Source of the DNA: Planctomycetota bacterium
GTDB taxonomy: Bacteria; Planctomycetota; UBA11346
Reading direction: 5' to 3'
Assembly (NCBI GenBank): GCA_038231435.1
Contig: JBBRLJ010000035.1
Coordinates: 1-54,760 of the forward strand
DNA: 54,760 nt
Within the stretch, counting starts at the first letter, position 1; the number at the start of each line of letters is the position of its first letter. This document shows positions 1-9,851 of this stretch, piece after piece. The notes under the pieces were generated by a model. That model did no database searches, was not told where the DNA came from, and saw only the letters and a program-made list of their open reading frames with translations. A program made the translations under genes and the position numbers.

Positions 1-198
1 CGAGCCCCGACAAAGCCCGTGGGGTAGGCCGCCAGGCCGTAGGGGCGAAGCCCCTGACTAAACAGCGGGCGCCGAGGGGCGGTCGGCGGATATAATCGGC
101 GAAGCCGATCCGCCGACGATGTCGCAGCGCAGCGGAGACATCGAGCCCCGACAAAGCCCGTGGGGTAGGCCGCCAGGCCGTAGGGGCGAAGCCCCTGA
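1..198 (+). repeat. REP/BIME-like palindromic cluster, modules A-B-A (57-bp module A at 1-57 and 142-198; module B about 65-143)
   Basis: 1-57 and 142-198 are identical. A contains GTAG-GGGC-GAA-GCCCC and GTAG-GCC hairpins. B contains the nested stem GTCGGCGGAT..ATCGGC-GAA-GCCGAT..CCGCCGAC. Reverse-complement copies occur at 50336-50470 and 54552-54760. Confidence 0.9.
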
Positions 199-263
199 TA
201 AAAAGTTGCACGGGGAGTCGTGGAGGTTCAATCCACGCATCCATCCAGACCAAGGAAGCTCTC

Positions 264-1058
264 ATGGCGAAGCAGTGCGATGTCATCGACTACCGGCTCA
301 TCGGCGATGAGATGCAGGCGGTGGTGGTCGCCCTCGACCCCGAGGAGCAGGTGATCGCCGAGGCTGGAGCGATGCTCTACATGACCGATGGCATCGACAT
401 GCAGACCTCGATGGCCACCGACAAGAAGAAGGGCTTCCTCGGCAATCTCATGAAGGCCGCTGGCCGCATGGTGACTGGCGAGAGCTTCTTCATCACCAAT
501 TTCACCAACCACGGCGGCGCCCGCGCCGATGTCGCCTTCGCCGCGCCGTATCCCGGCAAGATCGTGCCGCTGGACATGGAGAGCCACGGCGGCGAGATGA
601 TCTGCCAGAAGGACGCCTTCCTGTGCGCGGCGCGCGGCACCGAGATCACCATCTCCTTCCAGAAGAAGCTCGGTGTCGGACTGTTCGGCGGCGAAGGTTT
701 CATCCTGCAGCGGCTGCGCGGAGACGGACTGGCGTTCGTGCACGCCGGCGGCTCGGTCTTCTCGATGGATCTCGCCGCAGGCAAGACCCTGCGCATCGAT
801 ACCGGCTGCATCGTCGCCTTCGAACCCAGCGTGACCTACGACATCCAATTCGTCGGGGGCTTCAAGAATGCGCTGTTCGGTGGCGAAGGCCTGTTCTTCG
901 CCACCCTGCGCGGACCAGGGAAGGTATTCCTGCAGACCCTACCCTTCAGCCGGCTCGCGGATCGCATCGTGGCCTCGTCCAGCGGCGGCAAGCGCCGCGA
1001 TGAGGGATCCGTGCTCGGCGGTCTCGGCGGCCTGATCATGGGTGGCGGCGACGAATAG
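264..1058 (+). CDS. TIGR00266/AIM24 family protein
   Basis: AEAGAM, GESFF, FAAPYPGKI, ICQKDAFL, FGGEGF and FGGEGLF motifs; GGAAG RBS-like sequence upstream. Confidence 0.9.
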   Translation: MAKQCDVIDYRLIGDEMQAVVVALDPEEQVIAEAGAMLYMTDGIDMQTSMATDKKKGFLGNLMKAAGRMVTGESFFITNFTNHGGARADVAFAAPYPGKIVPLDMESHGGEMICQKDAFLCAARGTEITISFQKKLGVGLFGGEGFILQRLRGDGLAFVHAGGSVFSMDLAAGKTLRIDTGCIVAFEPSVTYDIQFVGGFKNALFGGEGLFFATLRGPGKVFLQTLPFSRLADRIVASSSGGKRRDEGSVLGGLGGLIMGGGDE

Positions 1059-1094
1059 GCCTTGCTATATGTTTTCATTCGTTAACTTAATGTC

Positions 1095-2315
1095 ATGATC
1101 TCGATCAATGCCCTCGATCGCGGCACCGGAGTGCGCCGCATCCTCCTCAACGCGGCGGCCGCGACCCTCAAGGGGCTCTCGCTCATCGGCGAGACTGCCT
1201 TCGGGTGGATCGCTTCCTCGCGTTTCGTGCCGCGTGAGCTCAGCGACGCACGGCTGGTGAAACGGCCGGGCATGGTCCTCGCCGAGATGGGCGGCTCGCC
1301 CGAGCGCATCGGCGAGCAGGGCGGCCAGCTGCTCGCGGCGCCGACCCGCACGTTGATGCGGGTGATGGGCCTATTCCCCGCGCAGAGTCCGGCACGCACC
1401 GAGGCCCTGACCGACGGCATCCACGCCGACCACCGCGCCGAACTCCGCGCCTACGCCCGCGCCGCGCGCATCGACGCTGGCGCGTTGCAACGCGCGAACC
1501 TGGTGGTGGATACCTGCTGCAGCGCGCTGGTGAGCCTGCCTGACGCGGCGAGCGGCAGGCCCCTGATGGTGGCGCGCAACATGGATTTCTTCCCCGCGGC
1601 GGTGCTCGGACGGGCGACCGTGGTCTCGGTGGTGCGCCCCCTCGGCAAGCACGCCTTCGCATCGGTCGGCTGGCCCGGCTACAATGGCGTGATCAGCGGC
1701 ATGAACGCGCGCGGCCTGTCGGCGTGCATCCTGCTGAACTACGGCTCAGTGGGGGCGCGCGCCGGCACGCCGATCGCCTATCGCGCCCGCGAGGTGCTCG
1801 AAGGCGCCTCCACCGTCGATGAGGCCGCGGCGCTGTTCGCCTCAACGGCGATAGCCTCGAGTCATTACCTGCTGCTCGCCGATGCCAGCAGCACCGCGAT
1901 CGTCTGGCAGGACGAGGACGGTGTCCATCGCCACGATCCGCGTGACGGCTGGCTCGCGTGCTCGAACGGCGAGCGTGACCTGGCGTCGGGCCTGGCGGTG
2001 GACGATCGGGGTCGATGCCTGCGCGCCCTGGCCGGATCCGTCGGCGCCAATGGCGTGGGCGTGGACGAGGCCTGGATGCGCGCTGCCACCACGGCCTCGT
2101 ACCTCACCGGCATCAATGCCCAGGCGATGGTGTTCGTCCCCGGACGGCGCGTGCTCCAGCTGGCCGTGGGCACGGCTTCCGAACCAGCCGCGGCCGCCGC
2201 CTGGTCCGAGGTCGATCTGTCCGCGGCGCTCGATGGAGCCTCGGTCGGAACGCTCGAGGTCGTGCCCCTGGGGCGCCCTGGGGCGCTCCAGCACTACTCC
2301 GCCATCCCGGGCTGA
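1095..2315 (+). CDS. C45-family autoproteolytic Ntn-hydrolase / acyltransferase
   Basis: Internal nucleophile context TCCSAL, followed by ARNMDF and SGMNARGL motifs typical of C45/acid-ceramidase-like Ntn hydrolases. Confidence 0.75.
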   Translation: MISINALDRGTGVRRILLNAAAATLKGLSLIGETAFGWIASSRFVPRELSDARLVKRPGMVLAEMGGSPERIGEQGGQLLAAPTRTLMRVMGLFPAQSPARTEALTDGIHADHRAELRAYARAARIDAGALQRANLVVDTCCSALVSLPDAASGRPLMVARNMDFFPAAVLGRATVVSVVRPLGKHAFASVGWPGYNGVISGMNARGLSACILLNYGSVGARAGTPIAYRAREVLEGASTVDEAAALFASTAIASSHYLLLADASSTAIVWQDEDGVHRHDPRDGWLACSNGERDLASGLAVDDRGRCLRALAGSVGANGVGVDEAWMRAATTASYLTGINAQAMVFVPGRRVLQLAVGTASEPAAAAAWSEVDLSAALDGASVGTLEVVPLGRPGALQHYSAIPG

Positions 2316-2403
2316 TCCGGACAACGCCCACGTGAACCTGCAACCGTCCCCCGCCGGGCCGGTCCGCGAATTGAGGTGGCGCAGGACGACCGTAGGCTCC
2401 GAC

Positions 2404-4854
2404 ATGCTCGGAACCGGCAGCAAGATCGGAGGCCTGCGCATCGAGGGCCTGATCGGCCGCGGTGCCATGGGCGAGGTCTTCCGCGCCACCCAGCTCGCGC
2501 TCAAGCGCCCGGTCGCGGTCAAGCGCATCGCCGAGCACCTGCTGTCGCAGCCCGACGTGGTGTCGCGCTTCGAACGCGAAGCGCAGTGCCTCGCCCGGGT
2601 GCACAGCCCGCATGTGGTGGCGGTGCACGACTTCGGACGCATGCGCGCCGAGGACGGCAGCGAGCACTACCTGCTGGTCATGGAGCTGGTCGAGGGAGGG
2701 CGCAGCCTGCGTACCCTGGTCGGCAAGCCGATGGACTGGCGGCAGGCCTCCTCGCTGGCGCTGCAGTCCGCGCGCGGCCTGGCCGCGGCCGCCGAGTTCG
2801 GCGTCGTCCATCGCGACATCAAGCCCGACAACATCATCCTCAGCCGACGTGGCATCGCCAAGCTGGCGGACTTCGGCCTAGCGCGCTCGGTCGACTCCAC
2901 CGACATGACCATGCACGGCACGGTGCTGGGAACGCCAGCATACATGGCTCCCGAGGCCTGCCGTGGCGAAGCGGTCGATGGCCGCGGCGACATCTACTCG
3001 CTGGGCGCGACCTGGTATCAGCTGCTTGCCGGCCGCACCCCCTTCCTGGCCTCGAACACCGTGGCCATGCTGCGCTGCCACCTCGACGATCCGCCTCCGC
3101 CGCTGGCGACGCTCGCTCCCGACGTCCCGCCTGCGATCGCCGCCCTGGTGCACCGCTGTCTCGCGAAGGACCGCGCCGAACGCCCGCAATCGGCGCAGGA
3201 GCTGATCGACGCGTTGCGCGCGCTCGCCGCCGACGGCCTGCTGCTCCCCGACACCGTCGATGTCCCCGCCTCTCTTACAGGGGACGACGCTCCGCCCGAT
3301 CCCGCCACCGCCGGCACCAACGTGGTCACTCCGGCGAGCTATCGTCCCACCGAGGCCGACGGCCCGACGCAGACCACGCCGGTGGCCACCGCCTCGACCG
3401 CGCCGACCGTCCTGGTCGGCCCCGATACCGAGGTCACCAGTCCGGCGCTGACCGCACGCAAGCGCCGCGCGCCGTTGATCGCCGGCGCATCCATCGCGAT
3501 CGCACTGGCGATCGCCGCGGGAGCCTGGGCATTCCAGACCGGCGCGCCAGCGCGCGCGCGCGCCGAGGTCGATGCGGCGATCGCAGCCAAGGACTTCACC
3601 GGTGCGATGCGGCGCACGGAAGACCTGCTCGCGAAGCATCCCGAACGCCCAGAGGGCCCCGCTGCGTTGCGCGCGGTGGTCGCCGCGATCGTGCGCGACG
3701 ATCTCGAGCGTGGCCGGTTCGATCATGCCCGCCAGATCATCTCGGGCGCTCGCGAAGGCCGCATGTGGCTGGATATCGACGACCTGTCGCGCGATGTCGA
3801 GATCAGCCAGGCCATCCTCGCCGCCCGCGACCGGCGCTGGGACGAGGCGGCCAAGGCCTTCGTCGAGCTGCGCCATCGCCGGCCGACCGATATGACGGTA
3901 TGCCGGGCGATCCTGGGGAGCTTCGTCCCGCCGCAGGACGACCGCGAATGGGACGCCTACGACAAGGCTCTGCGCACGCTCAAATCGTCTCCCGACTTGT
4001 ACTACGACGCGGTGGTGTCGCTCGGCGAAGATGCGAAGGAGCCGATGAGCGCCGACCTCGTCGCTGCCCTCGACCACGCTCAGCTGCGCTACCCCGACAC
4101 GGCCGAGATCGCGGTGCGGGTGCGTAAGGTGCTGATCGCGCGCAGCCCCGCGAGCGTCGCGGCGATGCACCAGGTGATCGATGGCGACAACGAATCAGAC
4201 CGTGACAGCGCCTACACCCTGCTCAAGGAGGCTGGTCAGCTGAAGCCGGGCGAGGAGGCGCGCTACCGCGTGCGCGCCATCGTCCAACTGGGGTCCGGAC
4301 ATACGAGCATGCGCGATGCCCTCGACTGGCTCGACAAGGCCAGCGCCGAGCCCGGCTGGACAGAAGTCTCGAAGGCAGCGCACGTGCCGCCGGTGACCGC
4401 GGTCGAGTGCTTCGAGTCGATCGACGAATGGAGCGCGCGCGCGGGCGCCGCGCTGATGAAGGCGCTGCCCGATGCATGCGCCGACGGCATGGCGAAGCTC
4501 GCGCTCGACGGCAAGGACGAGAGCGTGCGCTGGAACGCCTATCTCGCCTTGACCAGCGCCGGCCTCGCCGAGCGCGCGGATCTGGTGGCGTTCCACATCA
4601 AGAACCTGTCCTCGATGAATCCCATGAGCCACCAGGATTTCTTCAACCAGTCGCTCGAGTTCCTGCGCGCCAAGCTGGATGGCCCGCGCGCCAAGGAAAT
4701 CCGTGACGGCCTCGCCGCGGCGCAGGCGCATCTCGAGTCCGAGGCCGACGGCTACCAGCGCATGGGCCGTCCGGCCAAATGGGTGCGTGAGATGCGGTCG
4801 AACGCCGAGGCGGTGCGCAAGGCCGCCGAGGCGAGCGCGACGAAAGATCTCTGA
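2404..4854 (+). CDS. Transmembrane Hanks-type Ser/Thr protein kinase with helical (TPR/HEAT-like) C-terminal region
   Basis: GRGAMG loop, VAVK, HRDIKPDN, DFG, GTPAYMAPE; Pro/Thr-rich linker; TM segment LIAGASIAIALAIAAGAWAF. Start moved to ATG 2404, which has TAGGCT 5 nt upstream. Confidence 0.92.
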   Translation: MLGTGSKIGGLRIEGLIGRGAMGEVFRATQLALKRPVAVKRIAEHLLSQPDVVSRFEREAQCLARVHSPHVVAVHDFGRMRAEDGSEHYLLVMELVEGGRSLRTLVGKPMDWRQASSLALQSARGLAAAAEFGVVHRDIKPDNIILSRRGIAKLADFGLARSVDSTDMTMHGTVLGTPAYMAPEACRGEAVDGRGDIYSLGATWYQLLAGRTPFLASNTVAMLRCHLDDPPPPLATLAPDVPPAIAALVHRCLAKDRAERPQSAQELIDALRALAADGLLLPDTVDVPASLTGDDAPPDPATAGTNVVTPASYRPTEADGPTQTTPVATASTAPTVLVGPDTEVTSPALTARKRRAPLIAGASIAIALAIAAGAWAFQTGAPARARAEVDAAIAAKDFTGAMRRTEDLLAKHPERPEGPAALRAVVAAIVRDDLERGRFDHARQIISGAREGRMWLDIDDLSRDVEISQAILAARDRRWDEAAKAFVELRHRRPTDMTVCRAILGSFVPPQDDREWDAYDKALRTLKSSPDLYYDAVVSLGEDAKEPMSADLVAALDHAQLRYPDTAEIAVRVRKVLIARSPASVAAMHQVIDGDNESDRDSAYTLLKEAGQLKPGEEARYRVRAIVQLGSGHTSMRDALDWLDKASAEPGWTEVSKAAHVPPVTAVECFESIDEWSARAGAALMKALPDACADGMAKLALDGKDESVRWNAYLALTSAGLAERADLVAFHIKNLSSMNPMSHQDFFNQSLEFLRAKLDGPRAKEIRDGLAAAQAHLESEADGYQRMGRPAKWVREMRSNAEAVRKAAEASATKDL

Positions 4855-4927
4855 GGTGAACGCCCGTTCGCGAGTGCGCGCGTCCGTGGCCCCGCTGGCC
4901 TGGCAAGTCCGAGACCCTCGCCGCTGG

Positions 4928-6526
4928 ATGCTCGCCTGGACGCGGGCCTTGCTGCTCGCCGCGGCGCCGATCGCCTGCGTGTTGGCGGAGACCGTGGCGA
5001 TCGACGCCTCGGCCGGACTCCACCCCATCAGCCCCCTCATCTATGGCGTCGCCTTCGCGGACGAACGCACGCTCGCCGATCTGAACTGTCCGCTCAACCG
5101 CTGGGGTGGAAACCCCACCAGCCGCTACAACTGGCGGATCAACGCCGACAACCGCGGCAGCGACTGGTTTTTCGAGAGCATTCCGGGAGATGTCCTGCAG
5201 CCGAGCGGCGGTCCCGATGCCTTCGTCGCCGGGACCGAGAGGGCAGGAGCGCGGGCAATGATCACCATCCCGATCATCGGCTGGGTGGCGAAGGTCGGTG
5301 AGCACCGTGAGAAGCTCTGCAGCTTCTCTCAGCTCAGGTACGGCGAGCAGACCGCGAGCGACCAGTGGTTCGGAGATGCCGGCAACGGCATCTCCAAGCT
5401 CACCGGCAAGCCGATCGTCGGCAACGATCCCGCTGATGCGAACGAGGCCGCGGATGGCGAGTACCACCGCGATTGGATCACCCATCTGGTCAAGGCGATG
5501 GGCGCCGGCGATCGCTGGTACATCCTCGACAATGAATACGGCCTATGGCACGGCACCCACCGCGATGTCCACCCGATCGGCGCGACCATGGACGAATGCC
5601 GCGACAAGATGGTCGCCACCGCCACCGTGATCAAGCAGGCCGATCCCGAGGCGCTGGTCGTCGGTCCCGAGGAATGGGGCTGGAGCGGCTACCTGTACAG
5701 CGGTTTCGACCAGCAATGGGGTACGCAGCACGGCTGGAGCGGCCTCCCGGATCGCGCCAAGCATGGCGACCAGGACTTCATGCCTTGGCTTCTCGATCAG
5801 CTCCATGCCGCCGAGCAGGCGGCTGGTCATCGCCTGGTCGACGTCTTCAGCCTGCACTACTATCCGCAAGGTGGCGAGTTCGGCGGCGACCTGTCACCGG
5901 CGATGCAGCTGCGGCGCAACCGCTCGACGCGTTCGCTGTGGGATCCCTCCTACCAGGATGAAACCTGGGTCGCGGCCAAGGTGCGCCTGATCCCGCGCAT
6001 GAAGGAATGGGTCGCGAGCCACGACCCCGGCCTGCGCGTCGGCATCACCGAATACAACTGGGGCGGCGAATCGGGCATGAACGGGGCAACCACCCAGGCC
6101 GACGTCCTCGGCATCTTCGGACGCGAGGGCCTCGACCTGGCCAACCGCTGGGTCGCTCCACCCGCGCAATCACCGACGTACCAGGCGATGCAGTTGTATC
6201 GCAATTACGACGGCACCAGATCCACCTTTGGGGACACCAGCGTCTCGGCGACGGTGGCCGACCCCGATCAGCTCTCGGCGTTCGCGGCGTTACGGACCAG
6301 CGACTCGGCGCTGACGGTGATGCTCGTGCACAAATCGCTCACCGGCGAACGCGCGGTCGAGCTCACGCTCGCCGGTTTCACCGCCGGGCAGACAGCGCAG
6401 GTATGGCGGCTCGCGGAGGGGCATGCCATCACGCGCCTGGACGACCAGCCGATATCCGCCCACGGCATCGCGCTCGCCTTGCCAGCGCAGAGCGTCACCC
6501 TGCTGGTGATTCCCGCGAAGCCGTGA
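4928..6526 (+). CDS. Secreted glycoside hydrolase family 44 (endoglucanase/xyloglucanase-like)
   Basis: RWGGN..SRYNW, LDNE..LWHGTHRDVHP, LHYYPQ, RSLWDP, ITEYNWGG; signal-peptide-like N-terminus. Start uncertain (GTG 4856 or ATG 4928). Confidence 0.85.
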   Translation: MLAWTRALLLAAAPIACVLAETVAIDASAGLHPISPLIYGVAFADERTLADLNCPLNRWGGNPTSRYNWRINADNRGSDWFFESIPGDVLQPSGGPDAFVAGTERAGARAMITIPIIGWVAKVGEHREKLCSFSQLRYGEQTASDQWFGDAGNGISKLTGKPIVGNDPADANEAADGEYHRDWITHLVKAMGAGDRWYILDNEYGLWHGTHRDVHPIGATMDECRDKMVATATVIKQADPEALVVGPEEWGWSGYLYSGFDQQWGTQHGWSGLPDRAKHGDQDFMPWLLDQLHAAEQAAGHRLVDVFSLHYYPQGGEFGGDLSPAMQLRRNRSTRSLWDPSYQDETWVAAKVRLIPRMKEWVASHDPGLRVGITEYNWGGESGMNGATTQADVLGIFGREGLDLANRWVAPPAQSPTYQAMQLYRNYDGTRSTFGDTSVSATVADPDQLSAFAALRTSDSALTVMLVHKSLTGERAVELTLAGFTAGQTAQVWRLAEGHAITRLDDQPISAHGIALALPAQSVTLLVIPAKP

Positions 6527-6592
6527 GCAGCCCGGAATCGAGGGCCTTTCATCAGGTTTTGACGACACGTCGAACGACGTTGACCGAGCGTG

Positions 6593-6841
6593 CTAACGCT
6601 GAGGCGTGTGGCCCTTGCCGTAGCCCTCGACCGCCATCCAGTCGGATATCGCCGTACCCCGTGCCGCCACGTCGGTGAGCGACGCGACGTAGGCGGCGCG
6701 GTCGAGGCCGTGGGTCAGCTCGTGGCAGCGTTCGCGTAGCTGGGCATCGATGCCGCGGTTCAGGGACTTCTGCCCGCCCTGCACATCGCGTACCAGCTTG
6801 GCTAGGTCCGCGAGCTGCTGTCCACTGAAGGCGTTGGCCAT
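6593..6841 (-). CDS. Small hypothetical protein (82 aa, MANAFSGQQ...)
   Basis: C-terminal part of ORF 6593..7219; plausible helical composition; TACCCT -10-like box 6 nt upstream of ATG 6841. Confidence 0.6.
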   Translation of the reverse strand: MANAFSGQQLADLAKLVRDVQGGQKSLNRGIDAQLRERCHELTHGLDRAAYVASLTDVAARGTAISDWMAVEGYGKGHTPQR

Positions 6842-6891
6842 GGGTCCAGGGTAGCGATCGGATCCCGAGCGCCAAGCACCTCGGCTGCTAG

Positions 6892-7245
6892 TCAGCCCAG
6901 CGCTTCCTTCCATTCGTCTAGCTTGAATCCGACCAAGCCACGCTTGCCCATGACCACGAAGGGGCGTTTCACCAGGTTGCCGTTGGTGGCGAGCAGGCGC
7001 AGCGCCTCGTCCTGGCTCATGCCCGGCAGCCGATCCTTCATCTTCAGGGCGCGGTAGTCCTGGCCGCTGACGTTGAACAGCCGGCGGATGTCGCCGCCGC
7101 TGGCGGCGAGCACCACGCGCAGTTCGGTTAGGCTCGGCGGCTGTTCGCGGATCGGCACTTCGCGATAGGCGATCTTCTTGGCAGCGAGGTATGTCAGCGC
7201 CTTTTGGCAGGTGCCGCAATTCTTGTAGGCGTAAACGGTGATCAT
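6892..7245 (-). CDS. ArsC/Spx/YffB-family thioredoxin-fold protein
   Basis: N-terminal CGTC, FNVSG..YR and LVKRP motifs; 117 aa. Confidence 0.88.
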   Translation of the reverse strand: MITVYAYKNCGTCQKALTYLAAKKIAYREVPIREQPPSLTELRVVLAASGGDIRRLFNVSGQDYRALKMKDRLPGMSQDEALRLLATNGNLVKRPFVVMGKRGLVGFKLDEWKEALG

Positions 7246-7276
7246 GGCTTCCTCGCGGTGGCGCCGGGACCTCGCC

Positions 7277-8404
7277 TCACCCAGGAGCTGGGCTGGGCGG
7301 AGTCTCCATGGCGGGCGAGTAGGCTCCGCTGCGCGCGGCGCCGTTCAAGCGCGCGCGCTGGAGCAGGCGGCGCTGCGCCTCGCCGGCGTTCGCGCGCTCG
7401 CCGCGCCAGGTCTCCAGTACCGGTTCCTGGAGGGCACGGCCGTACGAGAAGCTCAGTTCCCACGGCTGCCGGCCGTGGGCGTTGATCGCAGCCAGGTGGG
7501 CAGTCGCAAGCCTCGGGCTCTGCCCGCCCGACAGGAAGACGATACCAGGAACGGCCGCGGGAACGTGGCGGCGCATGCAGCGCAGCGTCGCCTCGGCGAC
7601 CTCGTCGACACCGGCCTGGCGCGGGCACTGGTCCCCGGAGAGCACCATGTTGGCCTTCAGCAGCATGCCCTCGAGCGACACGCGCGCGACGCGCAGCTGA
7701 TGGAAGACCTCGGCGAGCGTGCGCGCGGTGGCGTCCTCGTGGACCTGGATGTCGTGGGCGCCGTCCATCAGCACTTCGGGCTCGACGATGGGCACCAGTC
7801 CGGCCGCCTGGCAGGTCGCGGCGTAACGGGCGAGCGCCTGCGCGTTCGCGAGGATGCATCCGCCGCTCGGCCGGCCACCTTCCCTTCCGGAATCCCCACC
7901 GGAACCGGCAGCGATGCCGAGCACCGCCCGCCACTTCGCGAAACGCGCCCCGGCGACGCGGTAGCCGTCGAGGCGCCCGCGCAGGCCGTCGAGGCCCTCG
8001 GTCACCTTCTCACCGGGAAAGCCCGGCAGATCGACGGTGCCTGCATCCACCTTGACGCCGGGAATGATGCCGCGCGCGCTCAACACCTGTCCGAGCGGCG
8101 TGCCGTCGGACGAACCCTGGCGCAGCGTCTCCTCGAAGAGGATGGCGCCGCTCAGGTACGCCTCGATGCCTGGCGCGGTGAACAGCAGTTCGCGGTACGA
8201 GCGCCGAGATTCGCCGTTCGATTCGAGATGGATCCCGGCGAAGCGCTTGGCGATGGTGCCTGAGCTCTCGTCAGCGGCGAGGATGCCCTTGCCCTCCGCC
8301 ACCAGCGCCCGTGCGATGGCTGCTAGATCGACATCGACTGCGGGTGGATGGGCGTCTGATTGCTCGTCTGGTCGAGTAGCGGCCATGGGAACCTCGACCG
8401 CCAT
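7277..8404 (-). CDS. Class I fructose-bisphosphate aldolase
   Basis: GILAADES, AKWR, PIVEPEV, LLKANM (Schiff-base Lys), FLSGGQS, SFSYGRALQ. Start uncertain (8386-8452). Confidence 0.93.
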   Translation of the reverse strand: MAVEVPMAATRPDEQSDAHPPAVDVDLAAIARALVAEGKGILAADESSGTIAKRFAGIHLESNGESRRSYRELLFTAPGIEAYLSGAILFEETLRQGSSDGTPLGQVLSARGIIPGVKVDAGTVDLPGFPGEKVTEGLDGLRGRLDGYRVAGARFAKWRAVLGIAAGSGGDSGREGGRPSGGCILANAQALARYAATCQAAGLVPIVEPEVLMDGAHDIQVHEDATARTLAEVFHQLRVARVSLEGMLLKANMVLSGDQCPRQAGVDEVAEATLRCMRRHVPAAVPGIVFLSGGQSPRLATAHLAAINAHGRQPWELSFSYGRALQEPVLETWRGERANAGEAQRRLLQRARLNGAARSGAYSPAMETPPSPAPG

Positions 8405-8461
8405 GGTAGCCTCGCTGACACCAGGGGAGCGCAAAGCCGCGACAGGTTGCACGGCCGCGAC

Positions 8462-9802
8462 CTAGCCGGCGGCGGAACTTGGCGCTTCGGTGGCGTCGTG
8501 CGCGGCGAACTTCAAGCGCGCGATCAGCGCCAGCGGGATGAGCATGCCGATCGCGCCGACCAGGTACGGCGCGCCGGGTCTGATGCTAAAGTACACCAGG
8601 GCGCCGAGCAGCGGGCCGAGCGCGCGCCCGAACGAACCCGCCGAGCGGAAAGTGCCCATTACCCAGCCTTGGCGCCGCGGATCGCCCGCGAGGCTCGCCA
8701 TGGTGTTCAGTCCTGGGAAGACCAGCCCGGTGCCCGCCGCCATCACCGTCACGCCTACCACCAGCAGCCAGACGTGCGGAAACCAGTCGACCAGCGCCAC
8801 CACGCCGAATCCGGGGATCAGCACGATCAGGCCAGCCATGGTCAGCACCCGCTGCCCGACCCGCGGCGCCAGGCGGCGGAATATCCCGCCCTGCACCATC
8901 GCCGACAGGAAGCCCATCCACACGAACAGCCCGGCGTTGCCGCCTGGGCCGAAGCCGCAGCGCTCGGCCGACAGGAACACCAGGGTCGCCTCCATCCCGG
9001 CGAAGAGCAGGGTGTGGCACATGAAGGCGAGATTGATGCGCGCGACTCCGACTCCAAGTGCCGGGCTGAACAGCTGCGCCGGATTCGCGGTCCGTCCGCC
9101 ACCATCCGACGCGGCGGTGCGCCGCTCTGGCGGCAGCGTCTCGCGGAAGCGCGCGAGCGCCCACACCAGGTTGAAGGCGCTGAGCAGGAAGGCGATCAGC
9201 GCCGGCATCGAGAACGGATTGAGGAACCGCGCCTCGGGCGAATCGAGCCGGGGCAGGAACTCGTAGCTCAGGCCGCCGATCGCCGGCCCGAGGATGAAAC
9301 CGAGTCCGAAAGCCATGCCGATGAAGCCCATGCCGCGCGCGCGGGTCTCTCGCGTGGTGATGTCGGCGACCGCGGCATTTGCCACCGAGACGTTCCCGGT
9401 CATCACTCCCGCCACCAGCCGCGACAGCAGCAACAGGGTGAAATCCCCTGCGAAGATCCACAGACCGTACGCGATGGTAGTGCCGGTGATCGAGGCCAAC
9501 AGCACTGGACGCCGGCCGAAGCGGTCGGACAACCTCCCCCAGATCGGCGCGCACACGAACTGCAACCCCGAGTACACCGCTCCGAGCACGCCGCCGAACA
9601 GCGCCGCGCGCTGCTGGACGCTCTCGACATGGTAGACGCGGTCCACCCAGGACATCGCCCACGCCAGGATGCCCTGATCGTGCGCGGTATAGAAGATCAG
9701 GATCTGAGCGAACAGCGGGAACACGATGCTGAACCCGACCAGGTCGATGAACAGCACCAGGAAGACGACCCCGAGCGTGGTGTTGGCGCGCGGCTGGGTC
9801 AT
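8462..9802 (-). CDS. MFS transporter (TetA/DHA1-like)
   Basis: About 12 hydrophobic segments, motif A GRLSDRFGRRPV, and GFILGPAIGG. Confidence 0.9.
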   Translation of the reverse strand: MTQPRANTTLGVVFLVLFIDLVGFSIVFPLFAQILIFYTAHDQGILAWAMSWVDRVYHVESVQQRAALFGGVLGAVYSGLQFVCAPIWGRLSDRFGRRPVLLASITGTTIAYGLWIFAGDFTLLLLSRLVAGVMTGNVSVANAAVADITTRETRARGMGFIGMAFGLGFILGPAIGGLSYEFLPRLDSPEARFLNPFSMPALIAFLLSAFNLVWALARFRETLPPERRTAASDGGGRTANPAQLFSPALGVGVARINLAFMCHTLLFAGMEATLVFLSAERCGFGPGGNAGLFVWMGFLSAMVQGGIFRRLAPRVGQRVLTMAGLIVLIPGFGVVALVDWFPHVWLLVVGVTVMAAGTGLVFPGLNTMASLAGDPRRQGWVMGTFRSAGSFGRALGPLLGALVYFSIRPGAPYLVGAIGMLIPLALIARLKFAAHDATEAPSSAAG

Positions 9803-9851
9803 CGCTTACCGTCCTCGTATCGGTCCACAGGCGACCTCGATCCCGTCTCCG

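Noticed and set aside
1..198. 57-bp direct repeats as a CRISPR array
   Set aside because: Only two copies, the repeat is too long, the 84-nt spacer is itself a repeated palindromic module, and there are no cas genes.
58..310. Short ORFs overlapping repeats (also 50130-50681, 37791-38208, 45702-46335) that share peptide strings
   Set aside because: The shared peptides are translations of the DNA repeats, not a protein family.
1882..2403. N-terminal extensions given by the ORF track for the kinase (also sucC, sucD, STAS, mreB, mutM, aroDE)
   Set aside because: They overlap neighbouring genes or repeats. Family N-termini and -10/RBS signals support the later starts.
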